A stretch of DNA of 63,385 nucleotides, counting the filler, from Octopus bimaculoides (Eukaryota), in NCBI RefSeq assembly GCF_001194135.2. It is 4 parts of 4 records of this genome, joined end to end, with 100 filler letters (N's around TTAATTAATTAA, not from the genome) between each part and the next. Parts side by side here need not be neighbours in the genome. Positions count along the whole stretch, not along the records: positions 46,427 to 60,164 come from NC_068981.1; positions 60,265 to 63,385 come from NC_068982.1; 2 more parts are not named here. One strand, 5' to 3'. A program made the translations under genes and the position numbers. Below, in pieces: positions 49,601 to 63,385 of the stretch. The notes under the pieces were generated by a model. It was not told the origin of the DNA. It ran no database searches and saw only the letters and a program-made list of their open reading frames with translations. How positions within the stretch are numbered: the first letter of the stretch is position 1; the number at the start of each line of letters is the position of its first letter.

Positions 49601-50295
49601 GTTGATGTTCAAGAGCAATGAGCTCTACTCGTTCTCGTCATAATGAAAATAGAAGATTATTTAACCAATTCTGCCTTCTAAACTTCGCTACGTAACAACG
49701 CAGAGCCTGTATGTGGTCACTTCCCCTGCTTGAAATAGCAACCAAATTCCCCTCAACTCGTGGCCTACCATATTTAAAAGAATACATCTTGGAGCTAAAC
49801 AACAATAAAAATATTTTGCTGTTTCCATATTACGTTATATATCCGCAATCAATATTTTCTCATAGAAAACTTTTGTTATACATTAGTGTTCGTTAAACAA
49901 ATTAGAGAATTATTATCACCAAATATTAAATTAATTATAACTTAATGAACAATTTTTTTCTGTAGTGTCCAATGACTTTGCCTGTTATCCACAAAATATG
50001 TCTCCCTCTGGGTTTTTCTTGTGTTTTTATAATCGCTAGAGCAATTATAATATGCACATTTATACATTTTTCCTGCTTGTGTAAGCCTTCTGTAGGGAAA
50101 AGCTCATAATACCTTCATTTGACAGAATATTACGCAGTGAAATTTACCCAGCATGTATCATCATAAGAAAAAATATATATAACTGTTTATTATATTTTGT
50201 TTCAGATCGTTTCTCTGCTATCAAATAGTTTAATTAAGTGAAACTAGTCTGTAAGTGAATCCTCAGTAGTAATATAAATGAACATACACACATGC

Positions 50296-50326
<31 letters not shown>

Positions 50327-51516
50327 TGTATGTATGTATATATATATAATATATATATATATATGTATGTGTATATATATANNNNNNNNNNNNNNNNNNN
50401 NNNNNNNNNNNNNNNNNNNNNNNNNNNNNNNNNNNNNNNNNNNNNNNNNNNNNNNNNNNNNNNNNNNNNNNNNNNNNNNNNNNNNNNNNNNNNNNNNNNN
50501 NNNNNNNNNNNNNNNNNNNNNNNNNNNNNNNNNNNNNNNNNNNNNNNNNNNNNNNNNNNNNNNNNNNNNNNNNNNNNNNNNNNNNNNNNNNNNNNNNNNN
50601 NNNNNNNNNNNNNNNNNNNNNTTATATATATATATATATACACATACATATATATATATATTTATATATTTATATATATATATATATATATACATACATA
50701 CAAACATACATACATACATACATACATACATACATACATACATACATGCAGCTATAAGTCTATAAGCTGGCTTGTTTACATTTTCTGACATCTTGTAATG
50801 TATCAACTCATTGCAAAATCTCTTGAAATTTAATCTAACATAACAGGGTTTCTTGAGAAGGATGCAACAGTGATAGGCAACACTGTATTATGGCTAAAAA
50901 GTAGCTTTTGTTGCTACGTGATTTAAAGTTCAATCTAACAGAGCAGCACATTGCATAAGCGTCTTCTACCATAGACTTAGACAAACCAAAACCTTTTGAA
51001 TAAAACTGATGGATAGAAACTGAGAAAACCAGCTAGTGTAGCTCTTTCTGCATTTTGGCGGTGGATTTAGTCCGTCATCTGGTCTAAAACCAACGTTAGA
51101 CACTTGTTATAAACGTCTGGGTTGAAATCCAGTTTTAGCATAATTTTTCGCCTCTTGCTCCCAGTTGTATGCTCTGAAAAAGCGCTATGGGTGATTCCCT
51201 TCCTCCTTTCACTAAATGATAAGGATGTTTTGAAATCTATGGCAGGATAAGAGTCAAAAGCCATATTTCTTTTCAAAATTGACAATACTTAGAGAAACAC
51301 AGCTCCGATAACAGACAGAGTCAACATCCACTGACAAGGTTGAAAATTTTTGGAATACACAAAAAAATAAATAAAATGAGTGGAAATTGAACCGGTGAGT
51401 GTGTTAGATATTAAAGCAGTATGACTTTCCCCAGACATATCAAAATACTTAGAGGAGTTTCACCTTATTTCTCTCCTAACTTCCTGTCTCTTTGTTTTCA
51501 ATATACAAATTTGACG

Positions 51517-51650
51517 GTGAAAGCATGTGGCCTAGTGGCTAGGATGTTGCATTCACGACTGCAAAATCGTTGTTTCAATCCTCGGGTCGGGCAATGCGTT
51601 GTGTTTTTGAGCAAACTACTTCATTTCACCTTGCTCCAGTTCGCTCAGCT
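51517..51650 (+). mobile_element. SINE family C, 5' fragment
   Basis: gcatgtggcctagtggctagg head; ttgagcaaactacttcatttcaccttgctccag core. Confidence 0.65.
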
Positions 51651-54241
51651 GCGATGGTCTGGCGTCCTGTTCAGGAGGAATGTTGCGATTTCTGCCCCTT
51701 ATGCTCCATGGAAAGCGGGTATCCAGCTGTATGAGTTCTAGAACTCGAAATTCTACTTACTTTTACTTGTTTGAAAAAAAAACTTCCATGGGTATTCGTA
51801 TCTGTTTTTGTGTTTTGAGTTTATCATGATGCGAATTCTATACACAACGCCTACATGATTTCAAATAACAACCAAATTCCCCTCAAACTACAAGTTAGCA
51901 TTCTCCCGCCAAAATAAAAATTAGGAAGGCATATGATAATTAAGTAATGTAATAGTGGATTCATTGTCTGAAAATCAAATGTGGTGACCATATCTGGAAA
52001 GCATTGTTCCTACATCAGCTAGCTCGTGGATGACCTGTGGTTGAAGAACGTCAATATTCCTTTAAATTTATTATTAAAAAGTCATTTCTACTAATTGCTC
52101 AACGACATTGCTTTTGTCTGAATAAAAAAACCTACCCTTTCATACGTTTTAATTCGAATATCATTTATTTGTAAAGAACATTGGTTTGCACCGGAACCTC
52201 TAATTCACTGACATATTTGTACGTTGATGTTAGAGAAGAACTATATAATTATTCTTGATGCTTGTGTAAGAAATAATTATTTAATTCACCTTAAAATGTT
52301 CTAAAATAAAAGTGTTAAAATGTCGATTAGTGCATGCCATCGATGTAACCATGAGTTGAAAAGCCGATTTTAATCACTTTAATGAGAAAAATGATATATG
52401 TAGAAAATTAATTGAATTATAAATGAATTAAAACTAGTTTCACCAAGTGTAGTTTACACTGAAAGTCACCATCAAGTAGATGCACTTCAAGTCATCCTCA
52501 GTTCTATAAACATTTAGCTTCACTCGTTGTTGCACCAATGTAGTCGAAACAAGATTTGACGTGAGGCAGCTTACACACCTTTTGTAGACAGTGCACAGAG
52601 AGTAAAGTTGATTAATTAGAACTTTAGTAGCGTGGTGAAAATCCCTCACCCCAAACCCCTTCTCCCCTTCACCATAATTTCCAAAAGACACCCATACATT
52701 CATAGACGCACACAAATACATACGCACTCACATTCGCACGATCTCATATAGACAATGAGATTTGGGATGCTGGTAAAACCTGATTCAAGACAAAATTTTT
52801 AACGTGAAAGGTTTAAAGGCGCAAAAGAAATTTCAATTTTAACAGTAATTTTGATGGAAAATCTTTGTTCTGACTATAAGCTCAGTACCAACAGAAACAG
52901 TTTACTGACTAAAGACACATTTTCATTATCTGTTTATTTAGGTTCGTATTTTACGAACAGCTACTGACTCGCAAAATCATGGCATAGATATTTATGTTTA
53001 TGTATCTATATTTGTATTATTATACCTCACTATCAGTGTTCAAACTTACTATACGAAGTCAAATATGGCATTTGAGTCGACGTACTTTTTTCATGCATAA
53101 AAAGTCGTCAAGCTATTGGATTCAATATATACACTCANNNNNNNNNNNNNNNNNNNNNNNNNNNNNNNNNNNNNNNNNNNNNNNNNNNNNNNNNNNNNNN
53201 NNNNNNNNNNNNNNNNNNNNNNNNNNNNNNNNNNNNNNNNNNNNNNNNNNNNNNNNNNNNNNNNNNNNNNNNNNNNNNNNNNNNNNNNNNNNNNNNNNNN
53301 NNNNNNNNNNNNNNNNNNNNNNNNNNNNNNNNNNNNNNNNNNNNNNNNNNNNNNNNNNNNNNNNNNNNNNNNNNNNNNNCTCTCTCTCTCTCTCTCTCCC
53401 TCTCTCACATTCTGTGATCCCTACCTCTCATTATTTGGTCCCTCTGATTTCTTTCCCCTCTCTCGTATCCCTTAGTCCTTCTGCCCTCTTCAACTCTTCC
53501 CCTCCTCTTCCACGTGATCACTGTCCAGTTTAGGCATTTTCGTATTTTTTTCGGCTGACCGCCTTTCAAGTCATTCGCATCTATTCTGTTCTGTCTCACC
53601 ACCCGGTCAGTTAAGATTTTCCCATTTCCTTTTTCATTACGCTGTCTGATAGTCAAAAGACCCAGTTTGTTTTGTTTTATTTTTGCTGCAATTGTATAAT
53701 TATTTTCCTTTTGTTGTATATCCGAAAGACTTTTGTCTACTGTATTTGTATAATTCTATTTCTTATGTTACGTTCGTCTGATAATCGAAAGACCCTTTCA
53801 GTTTGTTATTTCCTTGTGTTAGTATATGTACATTCGTTTGCCTTGCTCAGGGGCTTAATGCCTTCAGCTTAAACCCTTGGCTCAACTAGTTTCGAGTAGT
53901 ATCGGAGAGGATTGGGCGAAACTACGTGGACATTAAAGAAGTAATTGGCTGCGAATGATCCGTATATCTTGTTTTGTCCCGTTTGCCGTTGTTTTCCTAT
54001 CATCCTTTTCTTGCTTGTTATGTTTTGAAGATTTCTGTTTGTGGTGTTTTTTTTTTACCTCTGAAACACACACACACACACACANNNNNNNNNNNNNNNN
54101 NNNNNNNNNNNNNNNNNNNNNNNNNNNNNNNNNNNNNNNNNNNNNNNNNNNNNNNNNNNNNNNNNNNNNNNATATATAATATTAAGCATGATGTAGAAAG
54201 TATGGGCTATTTACGGAGTGCTCGTAGGGAGCCAATGCGAA

Positions 54242-54817
54242 ATAACACAAAGTAGAAGAAAATGAAGACGCAAATCCTATGCAGTCATCCAAATTCCCGA
54301 ACACATAAATGAAGATATTCAATCAATGTAATTGAATCTTATTTATTTATACACATCAACATAAACCATGCATGTATAGGCGTAAAGATTCTCCAAGGGC
54401 ATAAAGAATAAAACCAAACATACATAAAAATGTAGGAGAGATATAAGAGCATATAAAAATATATAAAAATACATATAAAATCACACATAAATAAGGATTA
54501 CAAGTAAAGTCATTCGCTTTGTGCTCACTATATTTATCACGCATAACTTTTTATATGTAATCCTTTATTTATATGTGATTTTATATTTATTTTAATATAT
54601 TTTTATATGCTTTTATATCTCTCCTATATTTTTATGTATGTTTGGTTTTATTCTTTATGCCCTTGGAGAATCTTTATGCCTATACATGCATGGTCTATGT
54701 TGATGTGTATAAATATATATGATTCAATTGCATTGATTGAATATCTTCATTTATGCGTTCGGGAATTTGGTTGAATGCCTAGGATTTGCGTTTTCATTTT
54801 CCTCTACTTTGCATTAT
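54242..54817. repeat. ~575-bp palindrome
   Basis: Arms of about 260 bp (54242-54502 and 54556-54817) with a ~53-nt loop. Confidence 0.9.
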
Positions 54818-55049
54818 ATATATATACATACATACACACACACAGGCACACACATTCATATTCACATGCATGTATACTTGGGTGTGAGCGACTAGGGACG
54901 TACACGTGCGTGAGTGTGTCTGTTTCTTTGACTTGATAGTCGTAAATGAGCAGCAACGTCATTACACACTGCGTTATTTGTTCCCATTATCCGTGAAACA
55001 TTTGGCTATGTAAAAATATTAATTCGTTTCTACTCTAGGCACATGGCCA

Positions 55050-55451
55050 GAAATTTTTTGGGAGGGGGTCAGTCGATTAGATCGACCCCAGTACGCAACT
55101 GGTACTTAATTTATCGACCCCGAAAGGATGAAAGGCAAAGTCGACCTCGGTGGAATTTGAACTCAGAACGTAACGACAGACGAAATACCGCTAAGCATTT
55201 TGACCAGCGTGCTATCGTTTCTTATTTCTTTACTGCCCACAAGGGGCTAAACATAGAGGGGACCAACAAGGACAGACAAAGGGATTAAGTCGATTACATC
55301 GACCCCAGTGCGTAACTGGTACTTAATTTATCGACCTTGAAAGGATGAAGGCAAAGTCGATCTCAGCGGAATTTGAACTCAGAACGTAACGGCAGACGAA
55401 ATACCGCTAAGCATTTCGCCTGGCGTGCTAACGTTTCGGCTAGCTCGCCGC
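55050..55451 (-). mobile_element. Tandem pair of SINE family B copies
   Basis: A complete copy at 55218-55451 plus a partial copy at 55050-55212; CpG-rich. Confidence 0.88.
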
Positions 55452-55679
55452 TTTTGAAATATTAATCCGATTATGCAATGAAAGAATGAGTGATATTGTC
55501 GGTGAAGGATGTAAACAACAGCGAAATAATCCAAAAAGTCAGTAATCTTCGAAAGCAAATGTATTTTGCTATATATTTATTTTGAGCTTGCATTCTCGTT
55601 GACTGAAATGTAATAGAATCTGCCATTTGGTAACTTGTAACTAACGGCACTATTATTAAGCAACAGTAATCCGGTTTCA

Positions 55680-56000
55680 GTCATAGTGTTTAGTCGGAGA
55701 AATCGACCCCATAACTTACTTTTGAAACCATGATACTTATTGTATCGTTCTTTAGTTGTCGAACCACTAGATTACAGAGATATAAACAAACTAGTACCGG
55801 TGTTCAAGCGATGGTACGGCTACACAAAGACACACAGACTAAATACACATGCGCGATGGGCTTCCACACAGTTTTCGTCTTTCAAACTCGGCCTGGAACT
55901 ATAGCAGAAACCACTTGCTCAAGGTGCTGTGCAGTGGAACTGAACCTAAAACCACATGGTTGCAAAGCGAGCTTCTTAACCACACAGCTATGCCTGCACC
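55680..56000 (-). mobile_element. SINE family A, degenerate
   Basis: Head at about 55940-56000 and tail at about 55680-55800. Confidence 0.7.
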
Positions 56001-56070
56001 TATTAAACCAAATAAGTATGAAATTTAATATATAATTAAATAAGTCTTTATTATTACATCCTTATTTGAA

Positions 56071-56290
56071 GGCGACGAGCTGGCAGAACCATTTGCACTC
56101 CGGGCGAAATGCTTAACAGTATTTCATCTGCCTCTACATTCTGGGTTCAAATTCCGCCGATGTCGACTTTGTCTTTTATCCCTTTCGGGGTTGATTAAGT
56201 AAGTACCAATTACGCACTGGGGTATTTGTGATCGACTTACCCTCCTCTTCGCAAATTTTAGGCTTTGTGTCGATAATAGAAAAGATTATT
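56071..56290 (+). mobile_element. SINE family B
   Basis: ggcgacgagctggcagaacc head and gggttcaaattcc B-box. Confidence 0.85.
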
Positions 56291-56299
56291 ACTTTATTT

Positions 56300-56432
56300 G
56301 CGTTACTACCTCCGCCTTGGTGTTTGTTTGTCTGTGGACAAGATATCTCAAGAAACGCTGGATGATTCGGATGAAACTTTCAGGGATGTTTGACCTTGTG
56401 ACTGGCATGAAATGATTAGATTTTGGGATCGG
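56300..56432 (+). mobile_element. Probable Helentron-type non-autonomous element end, cut by the LINE
   Basis: ttactacctccgcc..gtttgtctgtggacaagatatctc..gatgaaactttcaggg..gattagattttgggatc; family recognised from memory only. Confidence 0.4.
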
Positions 56433-59400
56433 TTTTTTTTACTAACCATGCGGACCAACATAGATGGGACAACACAACATGATCAGAGTCATTTACAAAC
56501 AGATGATATAATAAAATTTTACGTGTATAATGAAATCGAATGATAAACAGTAAATTACAAACAATAAATTACAAGATGTGGTGTTCAAAATAGGTATGCT
56601 CCGACCCCACGAGCCCTGTCTTTAACACCAACTTACTGTTAGTCTCACAAGCGTGCTCACGCAGGGCCTTTCACTCCCAACATGCGTGCTACACGCGTCC
56701 ATTGTTTTTAAAACTCACTCTCTGACAAACACCTCTTTTCCAGGCCCACCTTTCTTTTCAAGTGAAAAGTGAACATTTTCACGAGGGCGAGGCCGGAGAC
56801 GCTGGTGTTTGTCCCGATACTTTTCATTCACGACTTCCATATCACCTCTCTCGCAATTGCTACTACTACAAGAAAACAATTCTTACCTTTTTCCGTCAGG
56901 AAATCCAGCGGGTTAATTTTTACAATTGACTGAGCCGATAGCTGTACTCTTCTCCCATCTGACAAAAAATGTTCCGCATAAACCNNNNNNNNNNNNNNNN
57001 NNNNNNNNNNNNNNNNNNNNNNNNNNNNNNNNNNNNNNNNNNNNNNNNNNNNNNNNNNNNNNNNNNNNNNNNNNNNNNNNNNNNNNNNNNNNNNNNNNNN
57101 NNNNNNNNNNNNNNNNNNNNNNNNNNNNNNNNNNNNNNNNNNNNNNNNNNNNNNNNNNNNNNNNNNNNNNNNNNNNNNNNNNNNNNNNNNNNNNNNNNNN
57201 NNNNNNNNNNNNNNNNNNNNNNNNNNNNNNNNNNNNNNNNNNNNNNNNNNNNNNNNNNNNNNNNNNNNNNNNNNNNNNNNNNNNNNNNNNNNNNNNNNNN
57301 NNNNNNNNNNNNNNNNNNNNNNNNNNNNNNNNNNNNNNNNNNNNNNNNNNNNNNNNNNNNNNNNNNNNNNNNNNNNNNNNNNNNNNNNNNNNNNNNNNNN
57401 NNNNNNNNNNNNNNNNNNNNNNNNNNNNNNNNNNNNNNNNNNNNNNNNNNNNNNNNNNNNNNNNNNNNNNNNNNNNNNNNNNNNNNNNNNNNNNNNNNNN
57501 NNNNNNNNNNNNNNNNNNNNNNNNNNNNNNNNNNNNNNNNNNNNNNNNNNNNNNNNNNNNNNNNNNNNNNNNNNNNNNNNNNNNNNNNNNNNNNNNNNNN
57601 NNNNNNNNNNNNNNNNNNCCGCCAAGACCAGGTCCTGACTATGCGGGTCACCTTGTTCGAAACCTCAGACCAGTTCTTTTCTATCTGGAGATCTGGGCCA
57701 ACCAAGATTGCTAGCAACTTAATCGGGCCCTCCTTCCAGCGTCCTTCGACGTTATTCGAAGGCATCGACTTACTCCTCCAGGTGCCGAGTTGCAATCCGA
57801 CAGACTTTTCCCGGTTAAATTTTGCTCCTGCTACCGTCTCATAAACCTTAATGGTTTCATCTACTTGCTGTAGGTGTTCCATCTAGGTTACGATGATAGT
57901 GATGTCGTCCGCGTATGCTGTAACCGATCCTCCACCTCCTGGATTCGACGGGATGCCGCTCAGCTTTTTCAGTAATAGCTCAAGGACCATCACGTACAAA
58001 AGCTGAGAGAGCGGACACCGTTGGCGAACCGACCGTTTGATGCAGAACGACTTCGAGAAAAAGCCGTTCGCCCGAACGTTCGAGTCGATGTTATCGTACA
58101 ACTGTAGAGAACCAAAACCCAGTCCGAACCGTGCGAGAACAGAAACCAGGTACCGATGGTCCACCCTATCGAATACTTTAGCTTGGTCTTAATGGACCAG
58201 TGCCCCGCCCTTGTCAGACTTTTCACCATACCCTTCTACAGTGTAGCGTATAAGATGAAGATTATCCTGGATGGTTCTGCCGAGGACTGGACAGGTTTGG
58301 ACCCCTCCGATCAGGCCATCTACGACACGCGTCAATCTTTTTGCTAACAATTTGGCCAAAATCTTCATCTCTGCGTTCAGCAGAGTGATGGACCTGAAAT
58401 TATCTATATTATCCCCCTTGTCCGAGTCCTTCCTGACCAGCGTCACAACTCCCCGGCGTACAGATCTGGGGATAAACCCATTCTGCTGCCAGTTCGCGTA
58501 AACGCTACCCAGTATGTTCCCAAACAAGTCTGGCATACTTTTTTTTATATAGCTCATGGGGAAGACATCGAGACCCGGCGCGTTACCACCGCCGCAGTCC
58601 GCTATGGCCTCAATAACTTCCTCAGGTGTGATCGACCCTTCACAGCTCTCTGCATCCTGGCCCAAGAGACGCGGCAGGCCGGCGAGGAAGTCCATCGTGC
58701 ANNNNNNNNNNNNNNNNNNNNNNNNNNNNNNNNNNNNNNNNNNNNNNNNNNNNNNNNNNNNNNNNNNNNNNNNNNNNNNNNNNNNNNNNNNNNNNNNNNN
58801 NNNNNNNNNNNNNNNNNNNNNNNNNNNNNNNNNNNNNNNNNNNNNNNNNNNNNNNNNNNNNNNNNNNNNNNNNNNNNNNNNNNNNNNNNNNNNNNNNNNN
58901 NNNNNNNNNNNNNNNNNNNNNNNNNNNNNNNNNNNNNNNNNNNNNNNNNNNNNNNNNNNNNNNNNNNNNNNNNNNNNNNNNNNNNNNNNNNNNGTTCGTT
59001 TATAAAATCACCTTGCGCATTCACTACAGATCGAATTATGGAATCATTTCCACGTTGAGCTTCTACAACCCGTACCCATCCAGCGGCCTTGATTCCCTCG
59101 CTCCCCATTGCACGAAATCTAGCTCTGACGATACACCCCATGTGTTTGGCTTCGAGGTGCTGGTTTAATTCCAGTCTCTTCACTTTCACCTGGGATGCAT
59201 CGCCAGATGTCATGGCTTCCTCTAGGGCCTTAACTAATTCATTTTCTTCCCTACGCCCTCTAGCCACTAATCCTATGCTATATCTAATAGATTCGAATTT
59301 AATGACTTTTTTGAGGGCGTACCATCATTTCTTGTTGATAATGGAACCGGTTAACGCCGTCTGTATTAGTAACTTAATCCGGCTCCTGTAATCCTCAATC

Positions 59401-60050
59401 GCCAAAAGGGACTTATTGAGTTTCCAGTAGCCGGAACCCTTACTACATATCTTATCTAGGTACAGTTTCCAAGTTACCATCTTGTGGTCACTGTAACTGA
59501 CCAAGTGGAATTGTGAACGCGTAGCTATTTCTTTATCAAATTTTCTAATAAATATCCTATCTATGTAAGATCTAGAAGACCCGTCGCTATTTGACTATGT
59601 CCACAATGGAGCGTTCGGGAATTCTAGTCCGTAGGGATCTACTAGCTGAAAGTGACTTAGTAGATCCCAGAAGTCTATGTTCGGTTTTCTATTAGGATTC
59701 GAGTCAACACTCCACGCGCGCATCGAGAATAGTGCTGAAGTCTCCTAACACAACTAGTGACGTGCCCAAAAACTTCTCCAAATCTCGGTTATAATCAGTC
59801 TGACTTGAATTAGGAGCATAAACTGCAACCAGCCTGATTTCCTTACCACAGCTGAACCTCAGATCTAAAACGACCAGCCTACCTTCTGGATCAGAAAAAA
59901 AATCAACTTTTTCTCTGAAACTCAGTTTCTTTTAAGTAGGACCAACACCCCACACCGCCACCCGCGGGCCTGGAGAAGCGAACCTCTCGTAGCCATTCAG
60001 GAGCCGGAGCAGATCTCTTGGCCCTTTTAGTTTAATAGCATCGTTGAGGT
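56433..60050 (-). mobile_element. Tx1/L1-clade LINE, ORF2 (APE endonuclease + RT), decayed
   Basis: EN: LVAVYAPNS, VLGDFS; RT: PGLD, NFRSITLLNAEMKILAKLLAKRL, GRTIQDNL, SVRQRCPLSQLLY, AYADDI (about 57910); C-terminal AIAREVIWKSR; A8 tail at 56433-56440. Confidence 0.93.
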
Positions 60051-60208
60051 AAGTATTGATTCTATCTTTACTAATATTGTTCAATGGTTTTCTATCATTG
60101 TTTGAAAAAATATGTATTTTTATATTAATTCAATTGATTTTTAATGATAATTTTAGCCGATACCNNNNNNNNNNNNNNNNNNNNNNNNNNNNNNNNNNNN
60201 NNNNNNNN

Positions 60209-60220
60209 TTAATTAATTAA
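60209..60220. other. Artificial scaffold-join linker
   Basis: N44-TTAATTAATTAA-N44. Confidence 0.95.
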
Positions 60221-60834
60221 NNNNNNNNNNNNNNNNNNNNNNNNNNNNNNNNNNNNNNNNNNNNCATACATGACAGATATCTCTTCCCCACTACTGGTGT
60301 AGTCAAAAGAAAGTAATGATTAGTACGAATTAGCACCAGAAAATAACTAAATATTTTTTTAAGCATTATAATATAAAATGTAACAGTTAAATGAGAAATT
60401 GGTCAATGATTTTGTATTTTACTCAGTATAATGCGATTTTTTCATTGTAATTACTAGTTTTGCTCCATTAATGTTTTATAGAAAAGTGTTCAAAATCCGC
60501 CGACGCTTTTTGTATACATATACGGAAGATGGGTACTTGGAAACTATTCTCACAACAGTAAACAGGTTTTCACAGAACTAGATAGTATTGACCGCTCTCC
60601 GCACCCTACATTAAATACATTTCGTGCTATTATAGAAGAAATATTTTAAAATTACTCACACTGTTCAAAAGAACATTCCCTTATTGTCTTTATTATTGTC
60701 GCTGTCACCGTCGCCATTTTTGTTGTTTAATTACAGGTGAAACTACACTGTATATTAGTAAAAGGAACTATTTTTCTCTGTTTTTCTTCCCACCTCTCTT
60801 TAGTTCTTTCTCTCTCTCTCTCTCTCTATCTTTC

Positions 60835-60867
<33 letters not shown>

Positions 60868-61574
60868 ATACCTACCTACCTATCTATCACACTCAGCCTC
60901 TCTCTCTGTTAGTATTTCCCACACAGATACTCAGTATATTTTACTATTTCACCCACACTCAAACCACACTCACTCCATGTTCCACTTCATATTAGATACA
61001 GGAAGTGTGTTATTTCAGCCACACTATTTATCAATGTTATTGTACTGTATTTTAGGGTTCAAACAACGGAAGTGATTGTGCGTGCGTATGACTTTAATTA
61101 CAGAAAGATATATACTCTCTCTTATTCTTTCACTAACAATCTATTTCATATATGCGCTCTCTTCCTCTGTCGCAGTCATAGTACTAAGTTCCTCCTCCTT
61201 TTCTCGGTGCACCTTTGGTTATTTCTGTTCGATTACACTATTGTACATAGCATCCGTGGATATTAAAAGAGAAAACTTGAAAATTTTGGTATTTTTTATT
61301 CCATGTTACATATGGTTTTGTTAAATAGGTGTACATGTATGAAACGTATTAAAAATCTCCTATTAGCGAATCATCTGACAGAGAATTAAAATAACATAGG
61401 CTTACACTGGATTTAGCCACACACACACACACACACACACACACCTCCTGATTTTCATCTATGTTTGTTACCGTAAGGTTTCCACTTTACACGCCAGCTT
61501 AACTTGTCCTTTTAGTCGAAAGACACCTGTTGTTTTTTTTTGTTCGTATTTGTAATCATCTAACATTTTCTCCG

Positions 61575-61623
<49 letters not shown>

Positions 61624-62011
61624 TCCGTGTTGTCGCACATATTTGCCCACTTTCTTCCAAAAATTTAATGCCCATAGCTTTGATTTTTGGGGCCTACCAA
61701 TTTTGAACCGTCTCAAGTGAAGTGTAACAGGCCGAAACTCTAGAGATAATTGGAAGCTTGACTGATGAATAGAAAGTGACGAATGTTCCTGTCCGTCTTT
61801 GTATCGTCCAACTGTCCGTATGCTTTTATTGTCGTCCGTTACGACACAAAAAATATAGCATCAGTACATATGTACTTACTGCACCATAGCTACTAGCTTT
61901 CGGATATGCAGCCTCATATTGTATGGTTATTCAAGCGGTATACCTTATATTTCAAATTATTCATAACATAGAACAGGATACTATTAATACATACACACAC
62001 ATATGCACATG

Positions 62012-62072
<61 letters not shown>

Positions 62073-62169
62073 ACAACACATTACTTTCGTTTATTCCTCT
62101 ATGTGTTGCAGCCCAAAGGCTGTGGCCATGCTAGGATACCACCAGTATCATTACCCTCTCAATGGTCAT

Positions 62170-62620
62170 TCCCATTGATTGGCTTTTCATGAATGAGAGA
62201 AATTAATATTGTTGCCTTCATTTGATTGTCCTTCCGTGATGTAGATTCGTCTGGGATCTGGGACAGCAGAACGACAAAGTGCTTTTTAAAAACATTTACC
62301 TCCCACTCTATGTAGATCACTCAGGTTCTTAGGCAAGATATTAAACAGATGTGGGTCCTTCATATCCAAGCCATTTTCGCACTTGGTCCTTACTCTAGAC
62401 GAGATAACTGAAATATTGGCAGAATGCAGAGACTTCATGCTCAGGTTTTGGTATAAAATTTAACGTCAGCCCTTTCAGGATCTTCCATATGTATATCAGT
62501 GCGTATGTCTCCCGTCCTCCCTCTAGGGAGTAGAGTCATAACTCTCCCAGTAGCTCAACAATCTCAAAACACAGTTGCATTGCTTCGAATTCCACTACAG
62601 ATTTAACATTGTGGATGGAC
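62170..62620 (-). mobile_element. CR1-type LINE 3' fragment
   Basis: LYSLEGR..TYALIYIWKILKG and GYEGPHLFNILPKNL..LLSQIPDE. Confidence 0.75.
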
Positions 62621-62928
62621 CGCAATTAGGAGCAGACGGTTGAGGGCATAGGTGTTCCTGCGACCAGCATAATTTCCTGGTCCATTGTTCTGAAAGTTCT
62701 CAAAACTCATCAGACCGAGACTATAGTAAAAAACATTACCCTAAGGTGCCATGCAGTCAGGCCAAAACCGCAACCATATAGTTCGGATATAAACTTATAA
62801 AAATTCCTCTGACGAGAATCTGTAAAGTGTCCAGCAACTTACTTTCATTGACAACATTCGCAGTAGGATCGAACATGGAGGCGAAGTGGTGTCTTTAAGA
62901 GTGTACACGCACATGAAATGTTTCCTGA

Positions 62929-63003
<75 letters not shown>
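62929..63003. repeat. (TAC)n microsatellite
   Basis: Direct inspection. Confidence 0.95.
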
Positions 63004-63385
63004 CTGTATGTGTATGATGTACACTTGATATCTGTCATCGTCAGACTAACAACATCGGCGCGCCACACGGTTTGTGGAAAATTATGTAGAGATTAGTGAC
63101 AGAAGGGGTGGGATACTTGGTATGTTAGTGCCCCGCCCCGTTTCCTTTGTTGGGAGTTAATACTAAGAGATGATGATATTTATTGCTATAATCACCAGCT
63201 GGTGCTACTGGTCATGACCATATCATATTTTATATAACACGGCTAATAAACCATTTTGTCACTGTAAGTTTACACCTTGGTAACTAATCACACATGCACA
63301 CACACACACACGCAGACACACTTATGTTTTGTGTGCGTGTGTCTGTATCTATGCATCTATCTATCTATATATACATACATATATA

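Noticed and set aside
740-56290. tRNA-like A/B-box sequences as tRNA genes
   Set aside because: They are SINE heads that continue into SINE bodies, with no complete cloverleaf
7163-60220. Long ORFs containing X runs (e.g. 7163, 8511, 24081, 28787, 37294, 50234, 56926)
   Set aside because: They stay open only because N gaps and dinucleotide repeats contain no stop codons

Overview
AT-rich, microsatellite- and transposon-dense animal genomic DNA. The SINE families and repeat content suggest a coleoid cephalopod (Octopus-like); this is an inference. There are many N gaps and three artificial N44-TTAATTAATTAA-N44 scaffold joins (about 21.3, 46.4 and 60.2 kb), so contiguity across those joins is not guaranteed. 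The only host coding sequence I can recognise is the terminal exon of 4-aminobutyrate aminotransferase (ABAT/GABA-T) on the minus strand at 43340-43512, and it is not in the ORF track in the correct frame. The rest is mobile DNA: three tRNA-derived SINE families; RTE, R4/Dong, Tx1/L1, CR1 and Penelope retroposons; Tc1, pogo/Tigger, hAT and piggyBac-type DNA elements; Helitrons; and three LTR retroelements. Four elements are nested in or abut a ~60-bp satellite at 30.9-38.8 kb. The most notable observations are: (1) a 656-bp palindrome in the last ABAT intron, each arm carrying a Penelope-type hammerhead ribozyme; (2) a tandem array of degenerate LTR-end + tRNA-Trp primer-binding-site units in the leader of a CsRn1-like Gypsy element; (3) that same element ending in an inverted copy of its own LTR start, with an intact target-site duplication; (4) a cluster of ZNF143/Staf-type motifs at 41.3-41.7 kb; and (5) three further long palindromes. 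No CRISPR array, rRNA or intact tRNA gene was seen. Most ORF-track entries are microsatellite or gap artefacts.
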